A DNA stretch of 63,332 nucleotides, filler included, from Reclinomonas americana ATCC 50394 (lineage: Eukaryota), in the NCBI GenBank assembly GCA_048213135.1. It is 12 parts of 12 records of this genome, joined end to end, with 100 filler letters (N's around TTAATTAATTAA, not from the genome) between each part and the next. Parts side by side here need not be neighbours in the genome. Positions count along the whole stretch, not along the records: positions 1 to 12,673 come from AFZH01022776.1; positions 12,774 to 28,839 come from AFZH01022777.1; 10 more parts are not named here. One strand, given 5' to 3'. Shown here one piece after another: positions 1 through 12,844 of the stretch (position 1 is the first letter of the stretch; each line of letters opens with the position of its first letter). The position numbers were made by a program, and so were the translations under genes. The notes below the pieces were generated by a model. That model had not been told where the DNA came from, made no database searches, and saw only the letters and a list, made by a program, of their open reading frames with translations.

Positions 1-1389
1 AAATCTCTTTGCGGTGGCGGTGGGATCCGGTGTGCAGGTGCTGTCCATGGCTATGATCACCATGGGTGCGTGTGCGCGCTTTCCTTCCCCCTGTTGTGTA
101 TTCCAGAGTATTCACCTCGTGTCGACCCTGCCGCAGTGTTTGCGTCGCTCGGCTTCCTGCGACCACAGTTCCGCGGAGCCTTGATGACCGCCATGGTCGT
201 GCTGTATGTGCTCATGGGGTGCGTCGTTGGTATATCTGTACCTTTCTGTGAATCCTCGTATGTCTCACGCCGTCCTCGCAGAGCGGTGGCTGGCTATTTT
301 TCTGCGCGGTTCTACAAGACATTTGGCGGCGAGAACTGGAAGCGCAACTGCCTTGCCGTTGCGTGTCACTTTTTTTTCCGCCTCTGCTCTCTCTCCCTCT
401 TGTCTGCCCGCTCACTTGTGCGTACTGCAGACCGCGTTGGCATTCCCTGGCGCCTGCTTTGGTGTATTCGTCTTCCTCAACTTTGTCATGTTCATGATGG
501 GCTCGAGTGGAGCTGTACCATTCGGCGCCATGGTGGGCCTCATCGGCATGTGGTTCGGTATCTCTGTGCCACTCGTGTTTGTCGGCGCGTACTTTGGCTT
601 CCGGAAAGAGGCAAGTGTCATGCGAGAAACAACGGAAAAGTCTCTCTCTCTCTCTTCTCCCGCTTACATTTTTCCGCACAGGCTATTCAATACCCTGTAA
701 AACCGCGCAACTTCCCGGGTCACGTACCACCGCAGGTGAGTGTGGGGAAGGCTGACGATTGCAGATGTGTCGAGTGCTGACGTGCGCGACGGTGTGCTGT
801 GGCAGCCGTGGTACATGCAACCAATGTTCACCATCTTGGTCGGCGGCGTGTTCCCGTTCTTCGCCGTCTTCATCGAGCTCTTCTTCATCATGTCGTCGTT
901 GTGGCAACAACAGTTCTACTACCTCTTCGGTTTCCTCTTCATCGTGTTCTTCATCCTCATTATCACCTGCGGCGAAATCACCATTGTGTTGTGCTACTTC
1001 CAACTCTGTGGCGGAGTTGCGTGCCTGCCAGGGGAAGTGTCTGTTTCGCTCGTTCTCACCCAGTCATGCACGCGTGCAGGATCACCAATGGTGGTGGAGG
1101 TCGTTCCTAACATCGGGATCGTCGGCTCTCTATCTCTTCCTCTACTCGTTTGTGTATTTCTTCACGCGCCTCGACATTGTCGCCTTTGTGTCTGGCTTGT
1201 TATACTTTGGCTACATGCTTCTCATCTCCTTCTTCTTCTTCGTGCTGACGGTGAGTGTCGCGAAGCGCATTGCCACGCGAGCGCCATGCAAGCTCACTCG
1301 TACTCCACACGCGTGTGCAGGGTGCGATTGGCTTCCTGGCCTGCTTCTTCTTCCTGCGAGCCATCTACGCCAGCATCAAGCACAACTGA
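1..1389 (+). CDS. TM9SF: Transmembrane 9 superfamily protein (nonaspanin/EMP70), 3' portion, 8 exons in window; 5' end lies before the window
   Basis: Spliced translation includes [103 protein letters not shown] and [22 protein letters not shown]. These are the conserved C-terminal TM segments of TM9SF2/4-type proteins. Confidence 0.95.
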
Positions 1390-1648
1390 GCAAGTGCAAT
1401 CGACGAAAATAAAGGGGGATACAGGAAACAACAGAAAGAGCGTGGGTGATACAGTATCAGTGTTCGAGTTCGGGTCGATATGCATGAAAACAACTCAAAG
1501 CGCACTATGTGTTCCGCGCCTCACTGAACCGTCGTTTACCATGGACGAGCACAAAAACTCGACAGCGACTGCTGCACGACGCCATTGAATCTCCGACGCA
1601 CTCCGAGATTGATTGATTGCTTTTTTTTTTTGACTTGTGTCGTGCGCA

Positions 1649-3240
1649 ATGAGTTCCGCGTCTGCCCCCACTGTGGAGATTGCCCCGGGTGTGGCTCCCT
1701 TCCCGCTCATTGGTCTTGGTGCGTGTGCGCGCGCACACACACGCGTGTGACTGTTGCATGCACGCTCACAGTGCAAACATGCAACAACAAACACAGGTAC
1801 GTGGCAGGCGTCGCGTGGTGAAGTCGGCGCTGCAGTGCGCGCTGCCATTCTTGCAGGATGTTGCGTGCGCGCATATCATTGTCGTTCCTTTTGCCTTTAT
1901 CTTGGTGTTGACGTGGTGCATACATGCACGTAGATCGCCACATTGACACTGCCGCGATTTGTGCGTCGTCATTCGCTGCAGCTTTCTTCACTGGTGTTGC
2001 TCCTCTCACATGCGTGTGCAGATGGCAATGAGGCTGAGATTGGCGATGAGCTGGATCGCCTCATTAACACCGAGCATGTTGTCAAGCGCGAGGATGTGTT
2101 CATTGTCACGAAGGTTTGATGATGAAGATGACGATGGAATGTCGTGTTGTTGCTCAGTGTCGCTTGCAGCTGTGGAACACGGAGCATGCGCCGGCACGAG
2201 TGCGTGCAGCTTGCGAGCAGTCGTTGCAGGTGTGTTGCAATTGTGATTGGCCCCGTGCGTTTCATGTCACTCATGATGCATTCTCTCTCTGTTGTCTGTC
2301 GCAGCGCCTGAAGGTTTGCACCGTCGCGTGAGAGAACCCATCAACGAGTGCTCACTTCTTTTGCAGCTGGCGTACATTGACCTGTACCTCATCCACTGGC
2401 CAATGGCGGTACGTGTCGTCGCATGTTGCGATGCTCTTCTCTCACGACGCACACCACTCACCCGTACGCAGTTCAAGTCGGGCTCCTCGCAGATCGACGA
2501 CAGCGTCACTATTCTCGAAACGTGGCGGGAGATGGAGAGTTGCGTTGCACGCTGTCGAATTGCCGACATGGGAAGTGATTCTTCTCACTTCCGCGTCGCC
2601 ACGCAGAGCTTGTCGACGCTGGTCTGGTAAAGTCCATCGGTATCTCGAACTTTACGGTGGCGCAGGTCGAGGAACTGTGCGCCGAAGCACGCATCCGTCC
2701 TTCTGTGAACCAGGTCCGCCGCGTGCTTTGCCTCTGTGCACGTCTCGCTGACCCACTCACAAGTCACACGTGTACACAGGTCGAGTGCCATCTGTACCTG
2801 CCGCAGAATCGACTTCACGAGACACTGACTCGCCACGGCATCCACATGACGGCGTACTCACCGCTGGCCCAAAAGAGCGACAAGGCTGGTGGGCGTGTGA
2901 TGCTCGAAGATCCAGTGGTTCGCACGCAGATTTTTTTTGTTTGTCATCTATGCGCTCGAACGGTTGACCATGATGCCTGTCGTAGGTGACGCGCTTGGCC
3001 ACCAAGTACAGCGTGGATCCAGCCAACATTGCGCTGCGCTGGCTCCTCCAACGCGGCATCTCGGTGATTCCCAAGTCTGTCAACGCTGCACGAGTGGAGA
3101 GCAATTTCCGCGGAACTCTCGCCTTTGAGTTGAGCTCGGATGACATGAAGGAGCTGTCTGCCATCGACTTCCGCTTCCGCTTCGCCAATCCCGCCGACTT
3201 TTGGAACTTTGACAACTTTGCTGATGAGTCCCTCGACTAG
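1649..3240 (+). CDS. Aldo-keto reductase, about 11 exons including a 9-nt micro-exon (2305-2313)
   Basis: Spliced: PLIGLGTWQ...GYRHIDTAAIYGNEAEIG...REDVFIVTKLWN...YIDLYLIHWP...GLVKSIGISNF...PSVNQVECH...AYSPL...IALRWLLQRGISVIPKS. The catalytic Asp/Tyr/Lys/His tetrad is present. Confidence 0.95.
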
Positions 3241-3361
3241 ATCTCCATTCCTGTTTCAACGAGTGCACCACGCAGCTATGCGCGTGGGTGAAAGAATGAA
3301 TCGCCAGTGCAGCTCAACCAATTCTTCACTCTTCCACACTCTGATGATACCACATCACACC

Positions 3362-6300
3362 TCACTGAATGGCCAACGCAGCAGTCGCCAACAGTTCGTC
3401 CACATTGGCACCGGCGCCACGCAGGAATCGCTGCCCCTTGTTGAAACTGCAACCGAAACCCAGACAGTGAGATGTACAGCAACAGGTGGTGGTGAAGCAC
3501 ACAAGTGCACAAGAGCGACGAACATCAGCTGCCACTCGCCACGACGCGCAGCGCCCACGGTCTGCAAGCCATCAATTAATTAGTCCATCGAAGGTTGCAC
3601 CTTCCACACAATCAACGCTGATGCACAAACCTGCAGCACAGCCATTGCAATCGCAGTCCACCACACCTTGTCGTCGGCCACCGACGCCGGACGCAGTGCA
3701 TTCAGCTGCTCCACAGTCTTCGTCGTGTAGCCCGCAATCAGTCCGCTCTCCGATGGCGACCAGAACCCAGCAAACTGCACAAACAGCACACATAGAGCAC
3801 AGACAGAGGTCAGGAACACACACAACGACAGCAGCTGGTGAGTGGGGAGATAGAGAGAGAATGTTGGTTGCGCAACGTTTTGCTTCAGCATCAGTGAATC
3901 CTGTGTGGAATCGAGTGAGCAGCAAAGATTGATGACAACAGCACCTGCTGCAGACGCAACGAGGTTCAAGACTGGAGCTGCCACAACGGAGCTCTTGCCG
4001 ACAGGCTTTGACGATTGCCTGTACAGTTGTCTTCAGAGTCAGTTTGCCACATAAACACACTAATGAGTGCAGGGTTCGACGCACTTTTCCTCTGCCTCGT
4101 ACGACGCCAGAGAGGCGGCCAGTACTGCAGCCAGTGCCGGGTCGTCTTCATCGTCTCCACCGACCACTGCTGCTCTCCCGGCTCGCGCTGGAGCAGCAGC
4201 AGCAACTCGTAGCATGGGACCGTCCCTGATTTCATCGAGAAGTACAGAACGCTGTGCTACTCCAGATGGAGGTGGAGCTCTTGGAGGAGGGGGTGGAAGT
4301 TGGGGGGCCGCCGCTGCTCTGGGCGGTGGAGGCGACGCTCCTGGAGGCGGAGGTGGTGGTGGTGCACTTCCGTGCGCGGCCATCGGTGGTGGTGGTGGTG
4401 GTGGCGGCGGTGGCGGTGGTGCACCTGCATATCTGTACGCAAACATCGGTGGCGGAGGTGGCGGTGGAGGTGGCGATGCCATCGAGGATGAAGACATCAT
4501 CGCCCCAAACGAATTCGGCGGCGATGGTGCATTTCGCGCCCGTGACATCTCCTCTTGACGGCGGAATGCTGAAACCGTCCACAAACAGAGTGAGGCGACA
4601 GATGCAGTGCAAAAAGATGCAATCATGGCGGCAGTAGAACGCACATGCCATGGGCGAGGAAGCAGGACTGTTTTCCCAGTCCTCGTCGTCAGATCCTTCT
4701 GATTCATCGGAATCATCTTGCATGACGGCATGACGCGTTCTCAAACTGGAGACCGGCAATGCTATCGTCTAAGCCACTATCTTGGATATTCAATGGTAAG
4801 CAATGTGTACAGCAAACTCACCAGGCTGCCAACGATGCAACACCGGAGTTCGGCGCAAAAGCTGCGGGCGCAGCAAAACCATGTGCACCGAGACCTCGCA
4901 TCACAGGTCGTCCACTGGTGGCCGCTCTGTTGCACATCAGCAATAAGAATATAACGAATGAATGTGGAAACTGACAAGCAGTACTCAACGATTTGTAGCC
5001 GCTCTCGAGAGCAATGTTGATCTCACGCAACACCGGAGCCACTGCACACGCACCATCACAACCGTCAGACACTTTGCTGAACACTCTCAATTGTGTGTAC
5101 ATCCACGTACACCCACCATCACTGGCGGCCGATGGAGTGTCGTCCACCACAATGAAATTCGTGTGCTTCGACGCCAGCTTGAAGCGTGTCGCCAACTCCA
5201 CAATGTCGCCAGTCGATCTGCACACACAGAAACAGACAGACAGACACGCCACTCAGAACAGCAACAACAACGAAGACTCATGCGCACAGTCTCTTGTTCT
5301 TCACATGCGCGCACCCGTTGTGAGTCTCCAAGTGCGCGATCTTACTCTTGGCTGCACACACACAACACCACGTCAGCATTGGAGTCGCTGCTGATTCAAC
5401 ACACCACAGTTCATGATCGGCACAGTACCAGCAAGAGTGTGCACTTGCGTGCCGCGCACGGCCGCACCAGAACGAACAGTTGCTGTCTCCTCCACTTCCT
5501 CTGTCCAACATGCACAAACCAGTGAGTGTCGACTTGTGTGACACTGAAGAGATTTCGCACTCACCGGCACCCTGCTGCCACGTCAGCTTGACCTCAAACG
5601 AGCCGACATCACGCGGTGCAAACATGTACACGCAGTGCAACTCGCCCTGGAACGTCGGTGGAATCACATCGTCTGCCACATGCACACGCGGGTTGTCGAC
5701 CGTGATCTTGCAGTTTGTCAGCGCCGGTTGCATGGCGCCTGTGAGGACACCAAACACAGACGGACGCATCCCACCGCCGTCAGCTTCCATTTGCTTCGTG
5801 CGAGAAGCACGATGCCACGCAACGAGTGAGTTGGGTGATGACCAGCGAGGCCATCTGCTGCTCCCCGATCTTGCTGAATGCGGCACTGCCGTTTCCCTTG
5901 CGCGCCAGTTCCAACACCAGCTCGGCATCCACCTGCAGCCAAGATGCACAGTAAGCATCTCCAACACCCGTGCAGACAACCGCCACGAGACTCACATCGT
6001 TGCCGATGCCAATGGACCACACTCGAGTCGTTCCTGCATGCTGCACCACTGTGGAACTCATTGTTGTCAGCCAACGACGAACAGACGAGGATGACTACCT
6101 GCTGTCACACCGACCTTCGCTGACACAGGCCTGGGTGTTCTCCACCTCACCATCGGTCAGCACAAACAACTGGCGGCTGTAGCCGGCGACAACTGGCTGA
6201 CGGAAGATTGCACCCAGCGGTGCCAGCAGATTCGTGCCACCGAGATCACCGTCAGCGCGTTCGACATACGCACGCGCCTCGGTCAGCGTGTCCTCGTCGA

Positions 6301-7885
6301 CCTTGCGCGACTGTGGCCACAGACTGTGGAATACACCACCAAATCTGCGACCAAAAAAGAGCAGACGCTGTGCAATGAGATACACAAAACATGACAAGTG
6401 GGCACCCCCGATACATGCAGACCGATAGATGTTGAACATGACGCCAGGTGCGAGACTCTGCAAGAACAGTTGCATGGCGCGCTTGGCTTCGCGGATTGGT
6501 CCGCCACTCATCGACCCACCTGCATCACAAACATACATGATCACAATCTGAGCGACGATTGCACATGCCACTCCTTCACAACACGCCCACGCAACTGCAG
6601 TCCAACAGGAACACAATCTCCGTGTTGATCTCCACATCCAGGTTGGCATCCAACGCCGGGGCAATCGTCACACACACCGCCAGTTCCTTGTCGGTGCCCG
6701 CCAACGCCGGATCCACCTCCACAGAGACAGCAGGCACTGTTGCATTGTTCAATGTTGGCCAACAAGAAAGAAAGAAAGAGTGACAGACAGCAGCGCACCT
6801 GGCAGCTCCTCCAGTGTGAATGATACGCACAGGTCGCTGGCAAACGACTGTCGCACGTCCTCTAGACGCAGTGTGGCCTCGTTGTCGCGCACATCGGTGC
6901 TGTGCATAGCGTGATTCTCCGATGTCACATTGGTGATGACCGACGGCATTGTGGCCTTCACATCCACCGACGCGCAGAACCGACGCAGCACACCAAAGGC
7001 GGTCTCTATCTCCACTGCCTCCGGTGCAGACGAGCCGGCCTCACTGTCGACACCGAGTGAGGGAGAGATGCCTCACAGAGGAAAAGAGAGAGAGAGAGAG
7101 AATGAAACGCAACTCGCGCTCACGCAGCGGTGGCAGCAGCGACTTGGAGACGACAAAGACGAGGTTCTTGGCCAGTGCGTCGGCCTTCAGCTCCGTCACG
7201 TATGTGATGCACACGGTGGCCTCGTGTGTCGGATCCAGCCGACCGATGTTGACCTGTGTGTGAATGAAATGCACGATGGTCGGCGATCGAATCAGCAGAC
7301 AACACTGTCTCCTGGCAGCGACGACGCAACAGTGTAGGTGAATTCGTCACGCTTCTCGACCATGAAGGGTCGATGTCCGGCCGCAATGGCATCGTCGTAG
7401 CGCTCCTGCGCCCGCTGCTTGGCCTCTACAGCGCCCTGCAGCGATCAGAATCACCGATTAGCTAAAAATATCATGGCGTGTGTGATCGCTGACAACAAAC
7501 ACGCGAACACGTAGCACACTCAACTCGCAACACCCGCCCATCAACCTGCACTGCAAAGTCGCACACGGCAGTCTTGCGGTCACACGGGAACATGTACGTG
7601 ATCTCGAGTGGCGTGTCAGTGCGATTGGCGTAAACCTGGATGCATGTCACTCGAGCCGTCGCGCCCACAATCTCCGCTTGCACATGCACGCCTGTGCCAC
7701 AGCGAGGACGGAGAGAGAGAGAGACGGAGGAAGAGACACGAGTGAGACAAGTGCTTTGAGTGTGAAAGGCGGAAAAACGACAGCCGCGTCGCACCTTCCA
7801 CAGGCAGCACGCTCTTTCCTGCTGGCACTGTTGGGTCCTCGTAGAAGAGGCCCGCAATGGGCTGCACAAGTGTTGGTTCCTCCAT
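3362..7885 (-). CDS. VIT + VWA domain protein (VWA5A-like) with a polyproline, WH2-like and UIM-like insert
   Basis: VIT: QVYANRTDTPLEITYMFP...AVCDFAVQVDGR...RYDDAIAAGH. VWA MIDAS split by an intron: FLLDCS/GSM. Also LFLQSL, LGGTNL, LFVLTDGEV, SIGIG and a C-terminal WWTAIAMAVL...EWQL segment. ATG at 7885, TGA at 3364-3362. Confidence 0.88.
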
Positions 7886-7957
7886 GTGTTGTCTTCTCTC
7901 TCTCAAGTTCGTTCGATATTTACTGAGAGTGTCCTGTGTGTCAGCAACCAACTAAAC

Positions 7958-10394
7958 ATGGACGACGACGAGGGCGCCTCTCTCATTGTGTTCACCAACA
8001 ACCCATACCGCGACAATGAGAACAGTCGATCACCAGCAGCAGCGACATCGTCGGCAAGAAGAGAAACCGCGGGAAAGACCGAGCAAGTGCTCTTTTACCT
8101 TGCACTGGGCTTGCTGGGCGCCATTGTGGGCTTCTTTGGCGTCACACTGGTACGCAACAAGTATGCGCGTGTGTGTGCGTCCTTCTCTCTTTGTCTCTCT
8201 GAGTGTCGGTTGTGGCAGTTCCTGGCTTCTGGGCAGCGCGCGAAGGAGACCGATGCGACGTGGAGTGGCGAGGCTGCTGGTGTGGAGAGTGTGGAGATTG
8301 TGAACGGACAGGGAGGTGCGGAGAGTGACTTGCATGTGTGTGTACGCGTCACACACTCACCGTGATGTATGTGTGCACAGGCAGTGATTTGCCGCCATTG
8401 CCCAAGGTACGGCTTGCTTTCCACTGTTTTTGTTGCGTGTTTCGCGCGCCACACACACAGTGACTGACTGCTTGTTGCAGTTGACAAGTGCGGAATGCGC
8501 GGAGCAGTTCCCGTGGTCGCTGTTTGATCCGCGCGGGATGGTGTTTGCGCGTGCGCGCTATGGTGAGGCGGGTGTGGTGGGCGAGGCGCGATCGCCGTAC
8601 CCGCTGCGATCGGAGTGTGTCGGTGCGGTGTCGTCGTGGTTGACGGCGCACAAGACGGTGCTGAAGACGGCGGCGGATCGTACGGGAGCGACGCAGGTGA
8701 TGATGGAGGAGGACGCGCTGTCCATGCCGCCTCGCGCGCCTGGCTACCTGGTCAGGAGACACCCGCAGTTTGACAAGGTGAGACGCCGTTTGTTGCTGGC
8801 TGCGCGCCGGTGCCGTCGATGCTGACTGAGCACGCCAGCAGGCGGATCCATTGTACTTTGATCTGCCAATGCGGCCGCCGGGCAACCGCCCGACTGATCT
8901 CGGCGCACCCGTGCTCATGGCACCCGGTGGACGCGGTCAGCATGCACAGACTGCGCCACTGAAGGCGCACTCGGTTGTGATTGACGATGCTGTGCGTGGA
9001 GTGGCTCTGTGACTCCCAACGATGTACCAGCTCAATTTCGTTTTTCGTGCATGCAGTTGGTGTCTACGGACGGGCGGATCTTCTCGCGCGACCGTGTGTT
9101 CATTCCGCGTCAGTGTGCGCCGGCGGATCGCTCCGGGCACTTTGCGTGGAAGGCCGACGGCCGCGTGTGGCTCGTCGATGCCGTGGTGCCATTGCAGCAG
9201 ACGTGGGGCGATTCGTTCTTTCACTACCTCGGCGAAGTCCTTCCGCGCTTCCTCTTGGTCAGTTGTGACGCTACATGATGGCAACAGTGAGTGCATGTCG
9301 CTGACACTTTTACGTTGCAGGTATGGGAGGAGGTGAACGCCTTCCGCAACATCTACGTGCTCGTGCAGAAGAATGTCTACGGCGAGGAGGCGACTTTCGG
9401 CTTCCTCGAGGCTCTCGGCGTGCGACGCGAGCAGGTGAGTGGCAAGCTGCTGTGTACTCTCCCCCCTAATTTCCCCCTCATCCTTGCGGCTCACGCCATG
9501 ATCACAGGTACTGATCAATCCGCCACCGGTGCTGGCCAAAAAGGCGTATTTCACCAGCGGCGTCTTTTGTGGTGCGGCACACCCGACTGTGCTCCACGGA
9601 CTCGCCGACGCGTTCCAGTCGTTGCACAAGGAGATGATTCGGTCGGCTCTGCGTGAATTCTGGGAGGGTGCGGGCGGTCCTCCATGTGTGATGCACGTTG
9701 CATTTCACGCTTACTCTGCCTCTTGATTATCGTCGGCAGTGAAAGCGCCGCCCCTCAAGGATCCGGCCAGTGGAAAGCCCCGTCGACGAATTCTCATGCT
9801 GCAACGCAAGGGAGCCCGCTCGCTGGCCACACACGCTGCTGTTGCGTGCGCGCACTGGGGACAATCTTGTTGTTGTTGTTGGGTGGTGAAGTGACGCGAC
9901 AACCGGGCACAGATTGTGCAACTGATCAAGGACGAGTTTCCGCACTTTGTCGTCACCGAGTTTGCGGTTTCGACGGACAAGGCGCCGCTGGAGACGATTC
10001 TCGACTTTTACACGGCGGACATTGTGTTTGGGCCGCACGGAGGTGCCTTTGCACATCGCGCGTTCGTCCGGCGCCGACCGTGTGCGCATGTGGAGGTTCT
10101 GCCCGGCGGCAGCAATGGCAGCGAAGCAAGCAAGATCTGGAAGCCATCGCACGTAATGATGGCGGCGTACCAGGTACGTGTTGTATGTCTAGCAGAAATT
10201 AACTGACAAAGCTTGTGACACTCGCCGTTTCGTGTGCGCAGGGATGTCGCACGTTTGCCTACTTTGATGAGCGCGCGACCGACACCTCGTCATTAATCAT
10301 CACCCCAGAGGATGCGCGCTGGCTTTTGCAAAAGGTCGATGCGTACCTGTCAACCGAACCGCACGGCATGGAGCTGCAGCCTGCAGCGTCTTAA
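7958..10394 (+). CDS. Type II membrane glycosyltransferase, GT61-like, multi-exon
   Basis: N-terminal TM helix (VLFYLALGLLGAIVGFFGVTLV). FFHYLGEVLPRF and FYTADIVFGPHGGAFAH...VEVLP match the FH..E.LP and AD...GPHGA motifs of GT61-type enzymes. TAA at 10392-10394. Confidence 0.72.
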
Positions 10395-10489
10395 AAATAG
10401 AGTTTTGTACGCGCCAGTGAAAAGTAGGAACAAGTGTGTTTCGAAAGCAGGCAAAACGCGTTTAACTTCGTCTCACACCGCAAGCAGGA

Positions 10490-12523
10490 TTACTTGAAGC
10501 TCTTGCCGTCGAGCACCGGGCGGCCGTCAATCGGCTTGTCCCATGCCAGCATGTCCTCAATCAGAGCCTTGTCTGCGTTGTTGGCCAGGTCGGCCTTGCG
10601 CCACTCGTACAGCTCGCAGTCGTCGACCGTCTTCATGACGTCCGGCACCTCCGGGCCGCGGAACAGCCACACACCGCGAATGACCAGGTTGCCGGCCTCG
10701 CCAGTGATGAGCATGCTCGAGAAAGCATACTTGCGGCAGCCGTCGGCACGCTGGTGGAAGCCCTGCACCAGGTTGGAGGCCATGAACGGCACACTGAGCT
10801 CGTTGTTGTACTTGTAGTCGGCAAAGTGGAACGAGAAGCCCTCTGCATCAAAGTGCGACCACAGCCACGGGATGGCACCGTTGCGGGTGTCCGAGTTCGA
10901 GTACTGGCGCTTCCACTCCTCCAGGTTGAAGTTGCTCTTCGGCAGGGAGTCGAGCGGGTTCTTGCCCTTGGGAGCGTCCTCAAAGGACTCCTCCTCCTCC
11001 TCCTCAGCGTTGTGCGCAGCCGGAGCGGGGGCAGCCGGTGCCTCTTCGGGCTCCTCCTGCTTCTTGTTCTTCTTGCCACCCTCAGCCTTTGCCTTGCCAC
11101 CCTCCGCCTTCGCCTTGCCACCCTCGGCCTTGGACTTGTTGCCGCCCTCAGCCTTCTTGGCCGGCACCGGCTCCGCAGCCTGCTCGCAGAACTCAAAGGC
11201 GCCAATGACGCCAGAGACGTTGGCCTGCGACAGCACCGTCGAGAACCAGCGCGACACGTGCGGGAACTTGGCGCGCAGCGGGCGGTCCAGCACGTACTTG
11301 TACAGGCCCATCACGGAGCAGAACACCACAATGTCGGCCAGAGTGACGTGGTTGCCGACCAGGAAGGTGCGGTCCGACAGCACCGTGTTCAGGGCCTCGA
11401 GGGCGTTGAAGACGGTCTCCTTCGCCTGCAGCGCAACAAAGCAAAGCCAAATGCGTCGTCGTCAGTCATCCATGCAATAGGGGAAAGAAGACAGATGATA
11501 CGGTGGGAAAGGAGGTGGCGATGTGACGACGAACGACGACAGCAGCAGGAGCAGCAGCAACAACAAGTGGATCAGACAGATGGATCGGGTTTGCGTTCAT
11601 GATTAATCACAAGGAAATCGGCATTCGATGTTTTGCATCATCTCCGCGTGTATGCGTGCCATGCGTGTGCGTGTTCGTGCGTACGTCGCCACAGAGCAAA
11701 GGAGAAGGAGGAGAGAAGAAGACGGTGTGTGTGCGACATTACCTTCTCGGCAGCCGGGCGCTGGTAAGTGAGGAAGCCGAGGATCGGGCCGAGCCATGTG
11801 ATGGCCGCCGGCTCAATCTCGTTGCTGGCAAAGTCGAGCCACTGGTCAATGGCACCAGTCTGGTACAGCGACGAGCCGTACATGCTCTGGTTGCCGAGGC
11901 GGGCAACGTAGCGGGCAATAGCGTTGCTCTCAAAAATGGCACCCTCCGGGGTCGACAACACCGGCACCTTGCCGAGCGGGTTCATGCGCAGGAACTCCGG
12001 GGTCTACACACACAGAGAGAGAGAGAGGAGACGATCAGAGGAGGAGGAGCAGGAGGAGGAGCACGTTATTGATTAATGACTGACCTTGTTGGTGGTTCCA
12101 AAGGCGAACGGCGGCACCTCAATCTCCACATCGTTGTAGAGAGCGGTGATGAGTGCCTTGAAGGCACGCGGGTTGTTGGGGTAGGTGTAGAGCTGGAGTG
12201 CCTGTGGTTGTGGAAGAAGAACGGGAAGGGGAGGGCGCATCTCGTGAGAAGACATGTCGTCGCGTCATTCTCTTCCACTGCTCACCACACATACACACGC
12301 GCTCATACACAGTGATACAAACAATGTGGCGAGAGAGGAACGCAGAACAACAAGAAGAAGGGAGTGAGAGGTCGACGGCACGCGAAATGTGCATGCTGGC
12401 ACGCACACACACATATTCATTCACAAAGCAACGTGTTGTCCAGCATGTGCACGGGAAAAAGAGAGACAAACAGACAAGAGAGTGTACATGCAAAGCAGTG
12501 TGGTGAACAAGAGCACGCACCAT
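10490..12523 (-). CDS. EEF1G: Translation elongation factor 1B gamma; the first coding exon is the ATG alone
   Basis: GST-like N-terminus (LYTYPNNPRAFKALI, NPLGKVP, IFESNAIARY, TFLVGNHVTLADI), a Lys/Glu-rich linker and the EF1G domain (KNPLDSLPKSNFNLEEWKRQYSN, YKYNNEL, GVWLFRG, DGKSFK*). Confidence 0.97.
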
Positions 12524-12673
12524 CTTGGTGTTGAGCGAGGATAACAAGTTCTCCGCGATAAGCGAAAAAAATAACTAGGACCTAACTAAGGGACAATCCG
12601 GCAGCTTGGGACAACTTCCAGGCTTTTGAAGAATTCGGCGTCAAATCCATGCTTGTCATGAGCCGTGGTTTCT

Positions 12674-12773
12674 NNNNNNNNNNNNNNNNNNNNNNNNNNN
12701 NNNNNNNNNNNNNNNNNTTAATTAATTAANNNNNNNNNNNNNNNNNNNNNNNNNNNNNNNNNNNNNNNNNNNN
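12674..12773. other. Artificial contig linker; 11 identical copies start at 12674, 28840, 33762, 39638, 44029, 47366, 49979, 53212, 56652, 58186 and 61096
   Basis: Each is 44 N + TTAATTAATTAA (stop codons in all six frames) + 44 N = 100 nt. Confidence 0.98.
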
Positions 12774-12844
12774 TGGTGATCATCATGCAGCTGTGTTGCT
12801 GTTTGGATTAGTAAAGTTGTTGTTGCTCGAGTCAGCGGACGGCG

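Noticed and set aside
1005..1090. TM9SF QLCG-G-DHQWWW instead of the usual C.ED motif as a functional novelty
   Set aside because: It is a single-residue difference at a splice junction; a base-order error (GGAG for GAGG) would explain it.
10754..11602. Long antisense ORFs over eEF1B-gamma and the Gln-rich gene (56834-57856)
   Set aside because: These are expected shadows of high GC3 codon bias, with no recognisable motifs.
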